Part shown: positions 41,378-60,333 of the stretch, one piece after another | Numbering within the stretch: position 1 is the first letter of the stretch | Layout: each line of letters opens with the position of its first letter | Source of the DNA: the human T2T-CHM13v2.0 reference genome, Homo sapiens | Direction: 5' to 3' (one strand) | DNA length: 64,000 nucleotides | Assembly: GCF_009914755.1 (NCBI RefSeq) | Contig: NC_060937.1 | Program-made: the position numbers and the translations under genes | The notes under the pieces: model-generated | What the model saw: only the letters and a program-made list of their open reading frames with translations | Databases searched by the model: none | Told to the model about the DNA's origin: nothing

Positions 41378-42830
41378 TTTGTTTTGTTTCATTTTTGTCT
41401 CCCCCCGCCCCCACTCCAGAAATATCCATAAGTTCCTAATATGGCACTGACAGTCACAGCTCAATGGCGCCTTCACCCAACAAACCCTAGACTCTCTGCT
41501 GCCCCAACCACGGTGACCGACCTGAGAAGTGTGGCACCAAAGGGCGGTAGGGTGTGAGAGACTGCCACAGTTACTACTTGAGAGCGTCATTATGACAGTT
41601 ACTACTGTTACTACTTGAGACCGTCATTACGAGACTGAACGGAGGACGAATGTAGAAATGAAAAATTAAAAGAAACTGTTTTAAAGAAAGGGCCAGGGGA
41701 AGAAGACAGGTCCCTGCTTCTAGTGAGCAAAGGCAGCTGCCTGAGCCTCTACAGCCCTTCCTATTTATTGGGTAGAAAGAGCAGGGAGCAGGAGGTAACG
41801 ACTGGTCAAGCTGCTTAATTGATCACAGATTAACATTATTGCTAACAAGCTTCAGATGTGCCTAATTACAAGAAACACTTGTGTCTGGGGCGTCACGCCC
41901 TCAGCATTCCTTCTGGGTGGCAGACACAGTTTGTCAGTTTGCCAACATCCAGCTTTCATGAAGTTTGCTGTTTACTTATGTAGCCTCCAGTAGTATACTG
42001 AGTTGATCACGACCCTCACTCTTTTGGCCTTCAACAGTAGGGAGCCAGGGGAGGAAGCACCAGGAATGGCACACGGTCATAATGCTGGTGAGTAGGAAGG
42101 GCCATCAGCCCCAGGGGCAAAGGCCACTTGACAGACCTGGAGGTGGGGTGAATGCCAAAATGCTGTGGATTACTCAGAGAGTGGAGGTGGAGACAGGGCA
42201 CCCCCTCCGCTCCCCTTCAAGTCTTGAGGACTGAGACGGCTCCAAGTGTCCTCAGAGTGGGGCAGAAAGGAATCTTAGGTCCACCTGGCATGTGGCAGAG
42301 GCAGGATCCATAGATTAAATGTTTTTGGTGGAGTGTGGTGAAGGAGGCTACTTGCCCCTCCAGGACAGGCTTCCTCTTGGTCCAGTGGGAGAAGATGCCT
42401 CCTTGGTGATGAAACGGTGGGTGATTTGGGGTAGATGACATTCATGACGCCAGCTCTTCTGGAAGTCATAGTAAGGCACCGAGGGGTGGCTCCTCTCCCT
42501 GCAGCGGCTGTCGCTTACCATCCTGTAGACCGTGACCTCCTCACACAGCGCCAGGACGAGGATCGCGGTGAGCCAGCAGGTGACTGCGATCCTGGAGCTG
42601 GTCGCAGCAGGCCATCCTGCACGCGGTGGAGGCGCCCCCTGCAGGCCGCAGCGCATCCCCAGCTTCTGGACGCACTGTGAGCGGTTATGCAGCAGCACGC
42701 TCATATGAGATGCCCCGCAGGGTGCTATGCAGGCCCACGTCCCCACAAAGCCCATGGCAGGCGCCGGGTGCCGGAGCACGCACTTGGCCCCATGGATCTC
42801 TGTGCCCAGGGCTCAGCCAGGCATCTGGCC
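41378..42830 (-). pseudogene. ST6GALNAC4P1: Processed pseudogene of the sialyltransferase ST6GALNAC4 (5'-truncated, with 3' UTR, split by an LTR)
   Basis: The minus strand encodes GQMPG*ALGTEIHGAKCVLR (sialylmotif L remnant), TCWLTAILVLALCEEVTVYRMVSDSRCRERSHPSVPYYDFQK (sialylmotif S region; ST6GALNAC4 has TGWFTMILALELCEEIVVYGMVSDSYCREKSHPSVPYHYFEK), HRFITK and SWRGK* (stop 42348-42350). No introns, with frameshifts and deletions; decayed AATGAA plus A-rich tail near 41378-41397. Confidence 0.88.
41553..42036 (-). mobile_element. ERVK-class solo LTR (probably LTR3B, HML-6), 484 bp
   Basis: TG...CA termini; perfect 6-bp TSD GTAGGG at 41547-41552 and 42037-42042; minus strand starts TGTTGAAGGCCAAAAGAGTGAGGGTCGTGATCAACTCAGTATAC; AATAAATA box at ~41763-41770. 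Confidence 0.8.
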
Positions 42831-43123
42831 GCTAAAGGTTTACAATTTTATTAATTTGTAGGCACATATTATGAAAGGCTTTTTAATACCAACAGGAGTG
42901 AGGTGTTAAGTCTTATTTTCCAGGGGTTTCTCTGGCTTTATTTATCCTTAGAAGCAAACTGGATTAATATGCTCTTCACTCTAAATGTGATTTCCAGGAT
43001 ATTAGTTCAAAATAATCTACTGTCCACATTTAAAATTAACACCACTATATTCCCGAACTAATTTCACACCCTCTTAAAAACAAAGATTCTATTAATTGGC
43101 TCAAAATTTGCTTTCAAGTCTAG

Positions 43124-43430
<307 letters not shown>

Positions 43431-43575
43431 TGAGCCCAGCACTTTTTTTTTTTTTTTTTTTCAAAGTGAAGTAGTGAGAGGAGGGAGAGTTCAATTTGTA
43501 ACTGACTGTGAACAATTGAGATAACTGACTTACTTTACTGGCTCACCTTGGACCAGCTTTTTTTTTTTTTTTTGA

Positions 43576-43707
<132 letters not shown>

Positions 43708-43909
43708 TAGCTAATTTTTGTATATTTTGTAGAGACGGGATTTCACCATGTTGCTTAGGCTGATCTCAAACTCCTGGGCTCAAGGGATCCACCTGCCTTG
43801 GCCTCCCAAAGTGCTGGGATTACAGGCATGAGCCACCACACCCAGCCCAGCCTCAAATTCTTAATTTCAGCCTTAACATGGTCACACACTGTAAGTCAAC
43901 CTTATAGAG

Positions 43910-44214
43910 CAGTGGTCCCCAACCTTTTTGACACCAGGGAAGACAGTTTCATGGAAGACAATTTTTCCATGGATGAAGGGGGTAGGGGTGGTTTCAGGAT
44001 GAAACTGCTCCACCTCAGATCATCAGGCATTAGATTCTCACAGGGAGCCTGCAACCTCCATTCACAATAGGGTTCCCAGTCCTATGAAAATCGAATGCTA
44101 ACCCTGATCTGACAGGAGGCGGAGCTCAGCAGTAATGCTCCTTCGCCAGTTGCTCACCTCCTGCTGTGTAGCTCAGTTCCTAACAGGCCACAGCCAGGGG
44201 TTTGGGGACCCCTG
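43910..44214. mobile_element. MER1B hAT-Charlie MITE
   Basis: TIRs CAGTGGTCCCCAACC / GGTTTGGGGACCCCTG; 8-bp TSD TTATAGAG (43902-43909) / TTATACAG (44215-44222). Confidence 0.85.
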
Positions 44215-44445
44215 TTATACAGCACTATTCCAGCTCTAAAATTTTGTGCCTTCATATTGTCTTTGTCTATGCCTTTCCCTATTCATCTGCCACTGATGAT
44301 TGCAGCTGCCTATGTTAAGATCTTATGTTGTGTCAACGAGTTGAGGAATTTTAAACTCCAAGTAATGGGGAACGTCAGAGCTTTGGAGACAAAAAGAGTG
44401 ATGAGACCTAAAAAGATATAGTATTATTCTTTCCACTGAACTTGA

Positions 44446-44876
<431 letters not shown>

Positions 44877-45688
44877 TGAACTCCTCAGGTGATCCACCCG
44901 CCTCAGCCTCCCAAAGCGCTGGGATTACAGGCGTGAGCCACCACGCCCGGAATTTTTCTTGTATTTTTAGTAGAGATGGCTTTTCACCATGTTGACCAGG
45001 CTGGTCTCAAACTCCTGACCTCAAGTGATCTGCCTGCCTTGGCTTCCCAAAGTGCTGGGATTACAGCTGTGAGCCACTGAGCCTGGCCTCACTTTTACAT
45101 TCTATGTAGCAAATTGTACATAGTATATATATAAAGTGGCTATTAGCAACTCTTACTGGCTCATGACACTAAGAGAGGACCAAAGAAATCACAAGAGGAA
45201 AATAGGTCAATGTAAGAATTTTAAAGATAGCAATTTTGAAAATCAGAAGTTTATGAGAACCATCTCACTTGTCCTCAGTGAGATGAGAAAACCAGTAAGT
45301 CAATATTAATTGGCATTGCCATTCTCTCCAAGACTATTTAGATTATCCTTTCTAATTTTTGATATAAAATTAGTAGTAGGAGATAATTTTTTTCTAATGA
45401 CTTTTCCCAGTGAAGTAGTTAAAAAGATGAAAAGAAACCCTGGGTACAGTCCAGATCAGTGATGACAGTTCCTGCAGCTGGGGAGGTGAAGGATGGTAAA
45501 TAGGACTTTCACATCTATGTTTTCTCCCTTCCTTCCTTATAGTGAGCACACAATAATTTTTTTTTTTGGAGACGGAGCCTTGCTCTGTCACCAGGCTGGA
45601 GTGTGATAGTGCAATCTCAGCTCATGCAACCTCCAACACCCTGGTTCAAGTGATTCTCCTGCCTCAGCCTCCCGAGTAGCTGGGACTA

Positions 45689-46015
<327 letters not shown>

Positions 46016-46791
46016 TTAGCCAGGCACGGTGGTGGGCACCTATAATCCCAGCTACTCGGGAGGCTAAGGCAGGAGAATTGCTTGAACCAGGGAGGCAAGA
46101 TCGTGCCACTGCATTCCAGCCTGGGCAACAAGAGCAAAACTCTGCCTCAAAATAAATAAATAAATAAATATTAAAAATTAAAAACTAGAAAAGGAAAAAA
46201 ATTTAATTATTCCCATATAGAGATACTTGCATTTTTATCTTCTCTTCTTAATTTAGTTGATTTTTTTTTTCTAAGGGTTGGGGTTTTATTACGTTGCCTC
46301 GTCTGGACTCCAACTCCTGGGCTCCAGGGATCCTCCCTCAGCCTACCAAGTAGTAGGGACTATGGGTATATGTCACTGAGCCCGGATCATCTAACACTGT
46401 ATTATGAAAGATGTCAAACATAATGAAAATTTGAAAGCTATTTACAATGAACACAGGTCAATGAAACACCTATATCTTTTGAATTTTTTACCTTTAATTG
46501 CTATGTGTGGAATTGATGGTGCCTTCTAGGTGTGCAGTATGCTGATGAAATAAATGAATTTAAGGTGAGGATCTAATTTTATTTTTTAAATTGATAAATC
46601 TGATGGTTATGCCAAATTATCTTAAACAGCCACTGATTGATTTCAGTAGTTTGCTCAAATACAAAAGGGTCTAATTATACTATGAATCTGTGATTCAGTT
46701 GATTGGCAAGCTTTAATGAAATAATGAGTATATTTGTTTACTTATTTTAGAGACAGCGTCTCGCTCTGTCACCCAGGCTCTAGTGCAGTAG

Positions 46792-47109
<318 letters not shown>

Positions 47110-48049
47110 TAGAGCAAACTGGATTTTTGGAAATGTCCCAAAGCCACATTCAGATCCATGTCTGAAAATACTAAATGATCTAGTTGTCAAAAACCAAAAT
47201 GGTGGCTGGGCATAGTAGCTCAAGTCTGTAATTCCAGCACTTTGAGAGGCTGAGGTGGGAGAATCGCTTGAGACCAGGAGTTGAAGATCAGCTTGGACAA
47301 CATAGTAGACCCCATCTTTATTTAAAACAAACAAACAAACAAACACTCAAAATGGTTAGAAGTTAATGAGGATTACTTTCACGGGTATTCCAAAAATATA
47401 TACACTGGTATCATTGAGAGTCTGCAAGTATTCCTAGTGTCATCCCACAAGAACGCACCTTCTGTCCTAGTCACTGCTCATATGCCATTTTGTTTCACAG
47501 GAATAGTATATAAAAATTTAATATATTACAAAATTGACATCAGAAATCAGAAACAGAAGGGAGATTTACTAAATACACAGTGATGGGGCTGCTGACCATC
47601 TAAAATAACTTAAATCCTTAATTTTCATTGGTGTATCTCAAATTTCAAGCATGCCATCTCTTTTCACAGGGAGAAAAAAGCCCATAACACTTGAAGGTTA
47701 ACTTAATATATACTTATTTTAATATTTTTTATATTTTTATCAACATAAAATAGGTAAATATAGTTCACATACAATAATAAATGCTAAAACATTTACAAAT
47801 TAAAATAAACATAAAACCAATAAAATGGAAATTAACCATCATTAACATAACAAATAATGCTGTTTTGCTCAAACAAAGTAGATCACAAGTATTTGGTTTA
47901 ATAGCAAAAAGCTGTAGTTTCAGATCCCATTCTGTAAACTGAGTAGTTTTACTTTAATAATAATGTTGAGAATGCTTGTTCACCTAAGTATCTTATTCAA
48001 ACTGGTATTGATCAATTCAAGCCTTTCTTTCCTCTTTCAAGGTAATTAG

Positions 48050-48354
<305 letters not shown>

Positions 48355-48692
48355 AAGAACAGAATATTAACCAAACCCATCAAATGGCAGTCATTAAATG
48401 CCAATTTTTAAATAGGTGTAAATTGATAGATTTTGAAGATTAACAATTACCTATTGTTAATCTTCATTGCCTAATGAAGTCATTGCCTAATGATGATTGA
48501 ATCTAATTAGTTTTAGATTTAGAATGGAAACATTCTTTGCTATTTATTTGCTATCATACTTATTGCTAAGGAACTGCTGCAAGTTACTCTGTAGAGGAGA
48601 CTTACAACACAATAGTACTGACTATTGCAGGACAGATGTTTTCTGAGTAATGTAAGATTCTGATCATCATGCCAAAAAACAACTCAGGTATA

Positions 48693-49451
48693 TTACGTGT
48701 ACAACAACAGCACACCATCATTTTTCTCATTTTCATATAATCTGTGTTCTGCAGCATCAATAGCTTTATTTTTTTTCAGATCAGATTTTAATTTTGAGTA
48801 CTTAACACTATTGTTGACGTGCATTTCACTTTCTTCATGTTTACTAAGAATATGTGATAAATGTTGCCAATCTTTGCACCCATTTTCATTTTTCAGTTGA
48901 TTTTTTCCTTCCCCAAAGAGTTTGCAATATAGACAAAACACAGAATCTTTTGAGGTTGAATAAAGTAACCAGGATCTAGTGGTTTTTTCACCATTTGGAA
49001 GAATCCGTGTATAATAAGTTTCTGAAAACTTCCTCCCTGTATTATCTTTTGGAAAGTTAAAATTTCTTACTTGAGGCGGAACATTTTCAACAAGAGTGTC
49101 CCGTTGTTTAATATTCAAAATTCGGGGCCACGTACCTGGATCTGCGGAAAGCACAACTGGTACAATGGAGTCTTCAAAATTTTTCTCTTCCAGTTGCTCT
49201 TGAAATGTATCAGCTATGGTTGACGTGGAAGAAGGAGGTAAATTCACATTCTCTTGGATCAGTAATGTATCCGTGCCACATTCTACTGAAAGCTGTAGCT
49301 GTGAAGTCTTTTCCTTTTTTTCTGGGATTCCCTCTATTTTTTTCAAAAGTGTATTTGACGATCCATATAATTGTTTCTCATTTTCTTCTCTAAAAGCATT
49401 CCTTTTTCTATTTTCTGATGCTGTTAATTTTTTTGATTTTGTTTCCATCAT
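48693..49451 (-). CDS. ZMYM5: ZMYM5 terminal coding exon, TTF-type zinc finger (hAT transposase derived)
   Basis: Acceptor CCTCTTTGTCCTCAG|ATG in phase 0; 252 codons plus TAA. ADPGTWP...[15 protein letters not shown]...[21 protein letters not shown]...[21 protein letters not shown] is the ZnF_TTF signature. Phase matches the upstream exon. Confidence 0.93.
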
Positions 49452-49514
49452 CTGAGGACAAAGAGGATTATAATTTTATTTTAGGTTAAACTTTTAAAAA
49501 TTAATGTATATTCA

Positions 49515-51415
<1,901 letters not shown>

Positions 51416-51983
51416 AAAAATTAATGTGAAAGTCACTAAAATTTAACAGCAATTAACTTTAATGGTGAAATTTTCATAAATAATTCCTTCAATACATGGG
51501 CCCAAACACACACAAATATGAAGAGAGAGCTCTAATTCAGGTATACATAATACTTTGTTCATCAATTATTAATGACAAGTGATTACTTTTTAAATAGGTC
51601 ATAAATACTTAGGGATTTAAAGTGAGAACTAAGCATACTATTTTAATCCACTAATACAAAGAACATTTTTAAAATTTGATTTTAATTGAAACAATGTGCT
51701 TAAAAAGCAGCTCCTTGCTCAAAAACAGACCATTTAGATGTTGCTAGATTAACACTGTAAATTCAAAGTAGTATGTATGTTTATTAACATTGTTAGATGA
51801 GGTCACCATATCTGTCAGAAATTTAATTTTTATTTTGTTTTTGAACATTTTACTACCATTTACTGAAATATGTTGTAATAAAGACACATTACCTATTTTG
51901 GTGTCAATAAAATTATAATAAAAAAACTAAAAAGATTTAACATAATAAAGATGTATAAAATGTGGGCTGGGCACGGTGGCTCA

Positions 51984-52380
<397 letters not shown>

Positions 52381-52383
52381 TTA

Positions 52384-52698
<315 letters not shown>

Positions 52699-54174
52699 TC
52701 AATGCAGAGATGTGATATGATCCAATAAATAAATGCAGAGATGTGACATGATCAAATTTGTACTTTGGAAAGATTGCTCTAATTGTATTATGAATTCCCA
52801 ACCTTATGTAAGGAAGGAAGAGGCACAGAGATCAGTCAAGAAACTATAGTAGTAATTCTGGCAAAAGATGATGTTAGCTATGTCTAGGATTATAGCAGTA
52901 GAGATAGGAGTTGAGAAGTGCTCAGGAAGTAGAATTTGGATTAGTTGGTAATTGATTGGCTCTAGGGGCTAAGGAAGAAAGAAGAGTAAACAATGACCCT
53001 AAGTTTCTGAATGGGCATTTGGGTGGATGGTGGCTTCATTTACTGATATGGGAAACAAAGGAAACCAGGTTTGGAGGTTCAGTTTTCAACACAATGAGTT
53101 TGACTTTCAATGATGGATGGCATATAAGGCGGTGGTCCCCTAAGAGTATAATGGAGCTGAAAAATTCCTATCACCTAGCCGAGTGTGGTGGCACATGCCT
53201 GCAGTCCCAGCTACTCAGGAGGCTAAGGTGGGAGGATCACTTGAGCTGGAAGTTGCAGTGAGCAGAGCTCAAGCCACTGCACAGCAGCCTGGGTGACAGA
53301 GGGAGAGACCCTGTCTCCAACAAACAAAACAAAACAAAAAAAACCAGATACATTTAGTATAAAACACCAACTAGTCATGCCAGGTTAATTAAAACAAATA
53401 GGAGTCCCTTACCACCTCTACCCATTTCCCCTTTACCAGAAGCTAACCACTTACAACCTTTTAAAATAAAAATAAAACAATTTTTTAAATATATACCATT
53501 AAAAAAAATAAATATATTTTGAGATAGTCTCGCTCTGTCATTCAGGCCGGAGTGCAGTGATGAAATCATGGTTCACTCACTCGCAGCCGTGACCTCCCAG
53601 GCTCAAGTGATCCTCCGAGCTCAGCCTCCCAAGTAGCTGGGACCACAGGGGCATGCCACGCCAGCTAATTTTTAAGTTTTTTTTGTAGAGACAGGGGTCT
53701 CACCATGTTGCTGAGGTTGGTCTTGAACTCCTGGGCTCAAGCAATCCTCTTGCCTCAGCTTCCCAAAGTGCTGGGATTACAGACATAAGCCATTACGCCT
53801 GGCAAACAATTTTTTTGAGACAAGGCCTTGCTTTGTTGCCCAGGAGGAGTACAGTGGCTATTCACAGGTATGATCCTAGTGCACTGTAGCCTCAAACGCC
53901 TGGGCTCAATTGACCCTCTCGCCTCAGTCTTTCTAGTAGCTAGTATTGTAGGTGCACACCACCATGCCCAGCACTTACATAACTTTTCTAGCTGATTCTT
54001 CGGTTATTTCCAAATCTCAAAGTTACTTGTTTGTATCACTATTTACTGACTTTTTTTTCCTCCCAGCTTTAGGTATCATCAATTGACTTCTCAATGAGGA
54101 AGATGAAAATTTTGCTTTCCTTCCTCTTACCATGCTCACCATACACACTCAACACCCATCCACTTATCTTTAGT

Positions 54175-54365
54175 TGCAGGATTTCTTGGACAAGATGATT
54201 ATTTGTTGTGAGAACTGTGCTGTGCACTGCAGATGTTTAGCAGCACCTCTGGACTCTATCCACTAGAGTCCAGCAGCACCCCTCAGGTGTGAGTCACAGA
54301 TGTTTCTAGACATTGCCAAATGTCCCCATGGGGACAAAAATCATCCCTGATTGAGAAGCACTGGC
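54175..54365 (+). mobile_element. MER20 fragment
   Basis: CTGTGCTGTGCACTGCAGATGTTTAGCAGCACCTCTGG...AGACATTGCCAAATGTCCCC...TTGAGAAGCACTG. Confidence 0.75.
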
Positions 54366-54589
54366 TTAGATCAAGATTCTGTCTACATTTTATGACGTGT
54401 ATGTTATTCAGCAATAAGCTACTAAGTGCAAGATTTCAGTTTTTTTCTTATGTGTTGGCCTTTTCAGAAGGCTGTCACTTATCACTTGAAAATACTCATG
54501 TGTTTGGGGTGGAGTGGGGAAGCACATTTATAAAATGTAAAACATTCTGATTATACAGAAATATCATGCCTATATTTGGCAACTATTAA

Positions 54590-55039
<450 letters not shown>

Positions 55040-55042
55040 TGA

Positions 55043-55258
<216 letters not shown>

Positions 55259-55880
55259 TAGCCAGGATGGTCTTGATCTCCTGACCCGCCTTGGCCTTCC
55301 AAAGTGCTGGGATTACAGGCGTGAGCCACCACACCCAGCCTATTTTTTTTTTTTTTTGAGACAAGGTCTTGCTCTGTCACCCAGGCTGGAGTGCAATGTC
55401 ATAATCACAGCTCACTGCAGTCTTGACCTCCCAAGCTCAGGCCATCCTTTCACCTCAGGCTCCCAAACAGCTGGGACTACAGCCATGTGTCACCATGCCT
55501 GCTAATTTTTAATTTTTTGTAGAGATGGGGTCTCACTATGTTGCCCAGGCTGCTCTCCAACTCCTGGGCTCAAGCAATCCTCTTGCCTCTGCCTCCCAAA
55601 GTACTGGGGTTACAGGTGTGAGCCACTGTGCCCCACTGAGTTACTCTGTATTACTGAAATACACATGGTAGAATGAGCACTTTATTCTAGGGATCAGAAT
55701 AGCAAGCAAGTTATTTAAGAAAATCTAGGCCAGGCGTGGTAGCTCACACCTGTATTCCCAACACTTTGGGAGCCGAGGCAGGCAGATTACCTGAAGTCAG
55801 GAGTTCAAGACCAGTCTGGCCAACATGGTGAAACCCCGTCCGTCTCTACCAAAAATACAAAAATTAGCAGGGCATGGTGA

Positions 55881-56234
<354 letters not shown>

Positions 56235-56532
56235 TAACTTTTTGTATTTTTTGTAGAAACGGAGTTTCACCATGTTGGCCAGGCTGGTCTCGAACTTCTG
56301 ACCTCAGGTGATCTGCCACCCTTGGCCTCCTAAAGTGCTGGGATTACAGGCGTGAGGCACCCTGCCTGGCTTATTTCTTCATTTTTACCTCCTCTTTTGG
56401 TGCCTATTTAGTAGTAAAAAATTTATAATCTACGTGTAATTCTTACGCTTTTTGGAGGATAAGCATTATGGTATTTCTCTGAAGCTTATGAGCTCACAAC
56501 CTTTAACTTAGCAAGAACTCAGACACAGGTAA

Positions 56533-56820
<288 letters not shown>

Positions 56821-57499
56821 TGAGCCACCACACCCAGCCTAAATCATCCATTTAAGAAATAAAAAAGGCTTGGAAAATATTAAGACTTAATATAGTTTTT
56901 ATTTCCAAATTAGAAGGTCAGTAGGTTACTTTTGTCATGTAACTGTCTTTGAAAAGACAATTTAACAATATTAAGTCTTTTTAAATTTCGTTTTGTTAAA
57001 GATAGTCTCATTCTGTTGCCCAGGGTGGAGTGTAATGGTGCAATCATAGCTCACTCACCTCAGTCTCCTGAGGAGCTAGAACTACGAGTGTACAACCACC
57101 ATATCTGGCTAATTAAAAAAATTGTTTTGTAGAGATGGGGTCTTACTATGTTGCCCACGTTGGTCTCCAACTCCTGGACTAGTGCCATCCTCCCATCTTG
57201 GCCTCCCAAAGTGCTAGGATTACAGGCACGTACCACCGTGCCTGGACCTTTCTATTTGTTAATGTTCATTGTGTTCTTCTATAAACCAAAAGCTTTCTTA
57301 AATATTAGGTGCAATATATGTAAAGAAAAAATAATTTAACATAAATAAGGTTTTCTTGCAAAAATAAACAGAAAAGTCAACTATGGGTATCCACTGTTTC
57401 TCCTGTTCGATAAAAGCCTAGCAATTCAGGGTTACTTTCCCTTGAAGCTAACCAATTAAATTCTCATCCAGTGAAATGGGGGTTAAGAATATTTCCAGT

Positions 57500-58050
57500 T
57501 TTACATTATGATCTATCTTAATTTTTGTGTATGCAATGAAAAGGGGTCAAGGCTCATTTATTTCCACACAAACAAAAAATTATTTCAGCATAATTTGTTA
57601 AAAAATCTTGTTTTTCCCATCAGAATAATTTGGTACCTTCTTGAAAAATCTACTATGTGGTTCTATTTCTGGACTATCTTCTATTTCACTGATCTCTGTT
57701 AGCCCATTTGTTTATATACCAAACCATACTGCCTTGATTATTGCAGCATTTTAATGTCTTAAAGTCAGGAAGTTGATAATTCTTTAACCCACATCTAACA
57801 CCATATACAAAATTAATTCAAAATGAATCACAGGCCTAAAAAATAAAAGCTAAAACTGAAAAGATTCTAGAAGGAAATGTAGGAAAATATCTTTGTAATT
57901 TTGGTGGGCAAAGATTCCTTAAATACACAAAAACTATTAATCACAAGAGAAGCAAATAATAAATAGGACTTATAAAAATTAAAATCTTGTACTTTTCAAA
58001 AGTAATATTAGGAAAACAAAACAAAACATTAAGAAAATGAAAAGACAAAT
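57500..58050. mobile_element. L1 ORF2 relic with an inverted 5' part
   Basis: ~57505-57770 is antisense L1 ORF2 and ~57780-58050 is sense L1 (CACCATATACAAAATTAATTCAAAATG...AAAATGAAAAGACAAA). Confidence 0.65.
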
Positions 58051-58052
58051 CA

Positions 58053-58428
<376 letters not shown>

Positions 58429-59691
58429 TGATCCATCCGCCTTGGCCTCCCAAAGTGCTGGGATTACAGGCGTGAGCCACCACGTCCAGCCTATTTTTTC
58501 TTTTTAAAAAAAAACAGAAGAAAAAAAATTTTTTTCCAAATATATTTATTTTATAAAATACATGTATCCAGAATAATACCAAGGACTCCTACAACTCAGT
58601 AACAAAAAGAATTCAATAAAAAATGGGCTGAAGACCTGATAGACAAAACAGACAACTACCACATTTTAATTTTTTTTTTTTTGTAGAGACAGGGTCTGGC
58701 TATGTTGACCAGGCCGGTCTTGAACTCCTGGCCTCAGCTGATTCTCCCACCTGGGCCTCCCAAAGTGCAGGGATTACAGGCGTGAAGCACCTCACCTGGC
58801 TCCAAATTTTGGTCAGAATGTAGAGCAACTAGAATTATCAAGTGCTTAGTGGGAGTGCTAAATGGTACAGAAGAAAAATTAGTCTTTTAAATTCATCCAG
58901 GAGTAACCTTTTTCTTTTTTTTGAGACAGAGTCTTGCTCTGTCACCCCGGCTGGAATGCAGTGGCATGATCTCGGGTTTGCAACCTCTGCCTACCAGGTT
59001 CAAGTGATTCCTATGCCTCAGCTTCCCAAGTAGCTGGGATTACAGGCACACACCAACTCGCCTGGCTAATTTTTGTATTTTTAGTAGACAGGGGGTTTTG
59101 TCATGTTGCCCAGTCTGGTTTCAAAATCCTGGCCCCAAGTGATCTGCCTGCCTTGGCCAAAGTGCTGGGATTACAAGTGTTAGCCACTGTGCCTGATCAT
59201 TTTCTTTCTTTTTTTTTTTTTTTTGAGACAGGCTTTCGCTCTGTTGCCTAGTTGGAGTGCAGTGGTACAATCATAGTTCACTGTAGCCTCAATCTCCCAG
59301 GTTCAAGCAATACTTACACCTCAGCTTCCAAAGTAGCTGAGACTACAGGCACATGCCATCATGCCTGCGGCTAATTCTAAAAAATTTTTAGTAGAGATTA
59401 CGTCTCACTATGCTGCCCAGGATGGTCTCAAGCTCCTGAGCTCAAGCAATCCTCCCACCTCAGCCTCCCAAAATGATGGAATTACACAAGTGAGTCACTG
59501 CACCCAGCCCAAAGAAAATTTTTAAAACAAGCTTACAACAATCTTAGACTTGAATATTTGAGATGGGACAAACCAATGACAGAATGGCAAAATGGAATTA
59601 AATGAGATTCTAAGATAAATCCGGTTCATGTAAGATGTAAGGGTGAAGCTACTATATATTTGATCATTTAAAGCTCATGAAAAAGAATTAC

Positions 59692-59904
59692 CTGTTTATA
59701 TTCGTTAATACAACTTTGGCAGCAAAATCTCTTCTGCTGACCTCCAATCACCAGGATGTTGTTTCCAGTACTCTTACTAGGCATGTACTCTCCACAGTGT
59801 TCACAGCAGTTCATTATTAGACCATTGGCCAATCTGTACTTATTAAAGCAATGGTTACTGCACAGTTTATGTGTTACATTATTTACGCTGACTTCATGGC
59901 GAAT
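59692..59904 (-). CDS. ZMYM5: ZMYM5 internal exon (213 nt), MYM zinc fingers
   Basis: TTTTAG|ATT...CAG|GTAATT, phase 0/0; [71 protein letters not shown]. Confidence 0.95.
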
Positions 59905-59930
59905 CTAAAAGAAAAACCAGAATTCATTAA

Positions 59931-60333
<403 letters not shown>

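Noticed and set aside
42348-42779. Functional sialyltransferase gene
   Set aside because: 5'-truncated with no transmembrane anchor; sialylmotif L is disrupted by a stop and frameshifts; internal deletions.
47700-47960. Exact ZMYM5 poly(A) site
   Set aside because: Only several ATTAAA variants in AT-rich sequence on the minus strand; none can be singled out.
48697-49455. Plus-strand ORFs over the last ZMYM5 exon
   Set aside because: Short antisense shadows of the real coding exon.
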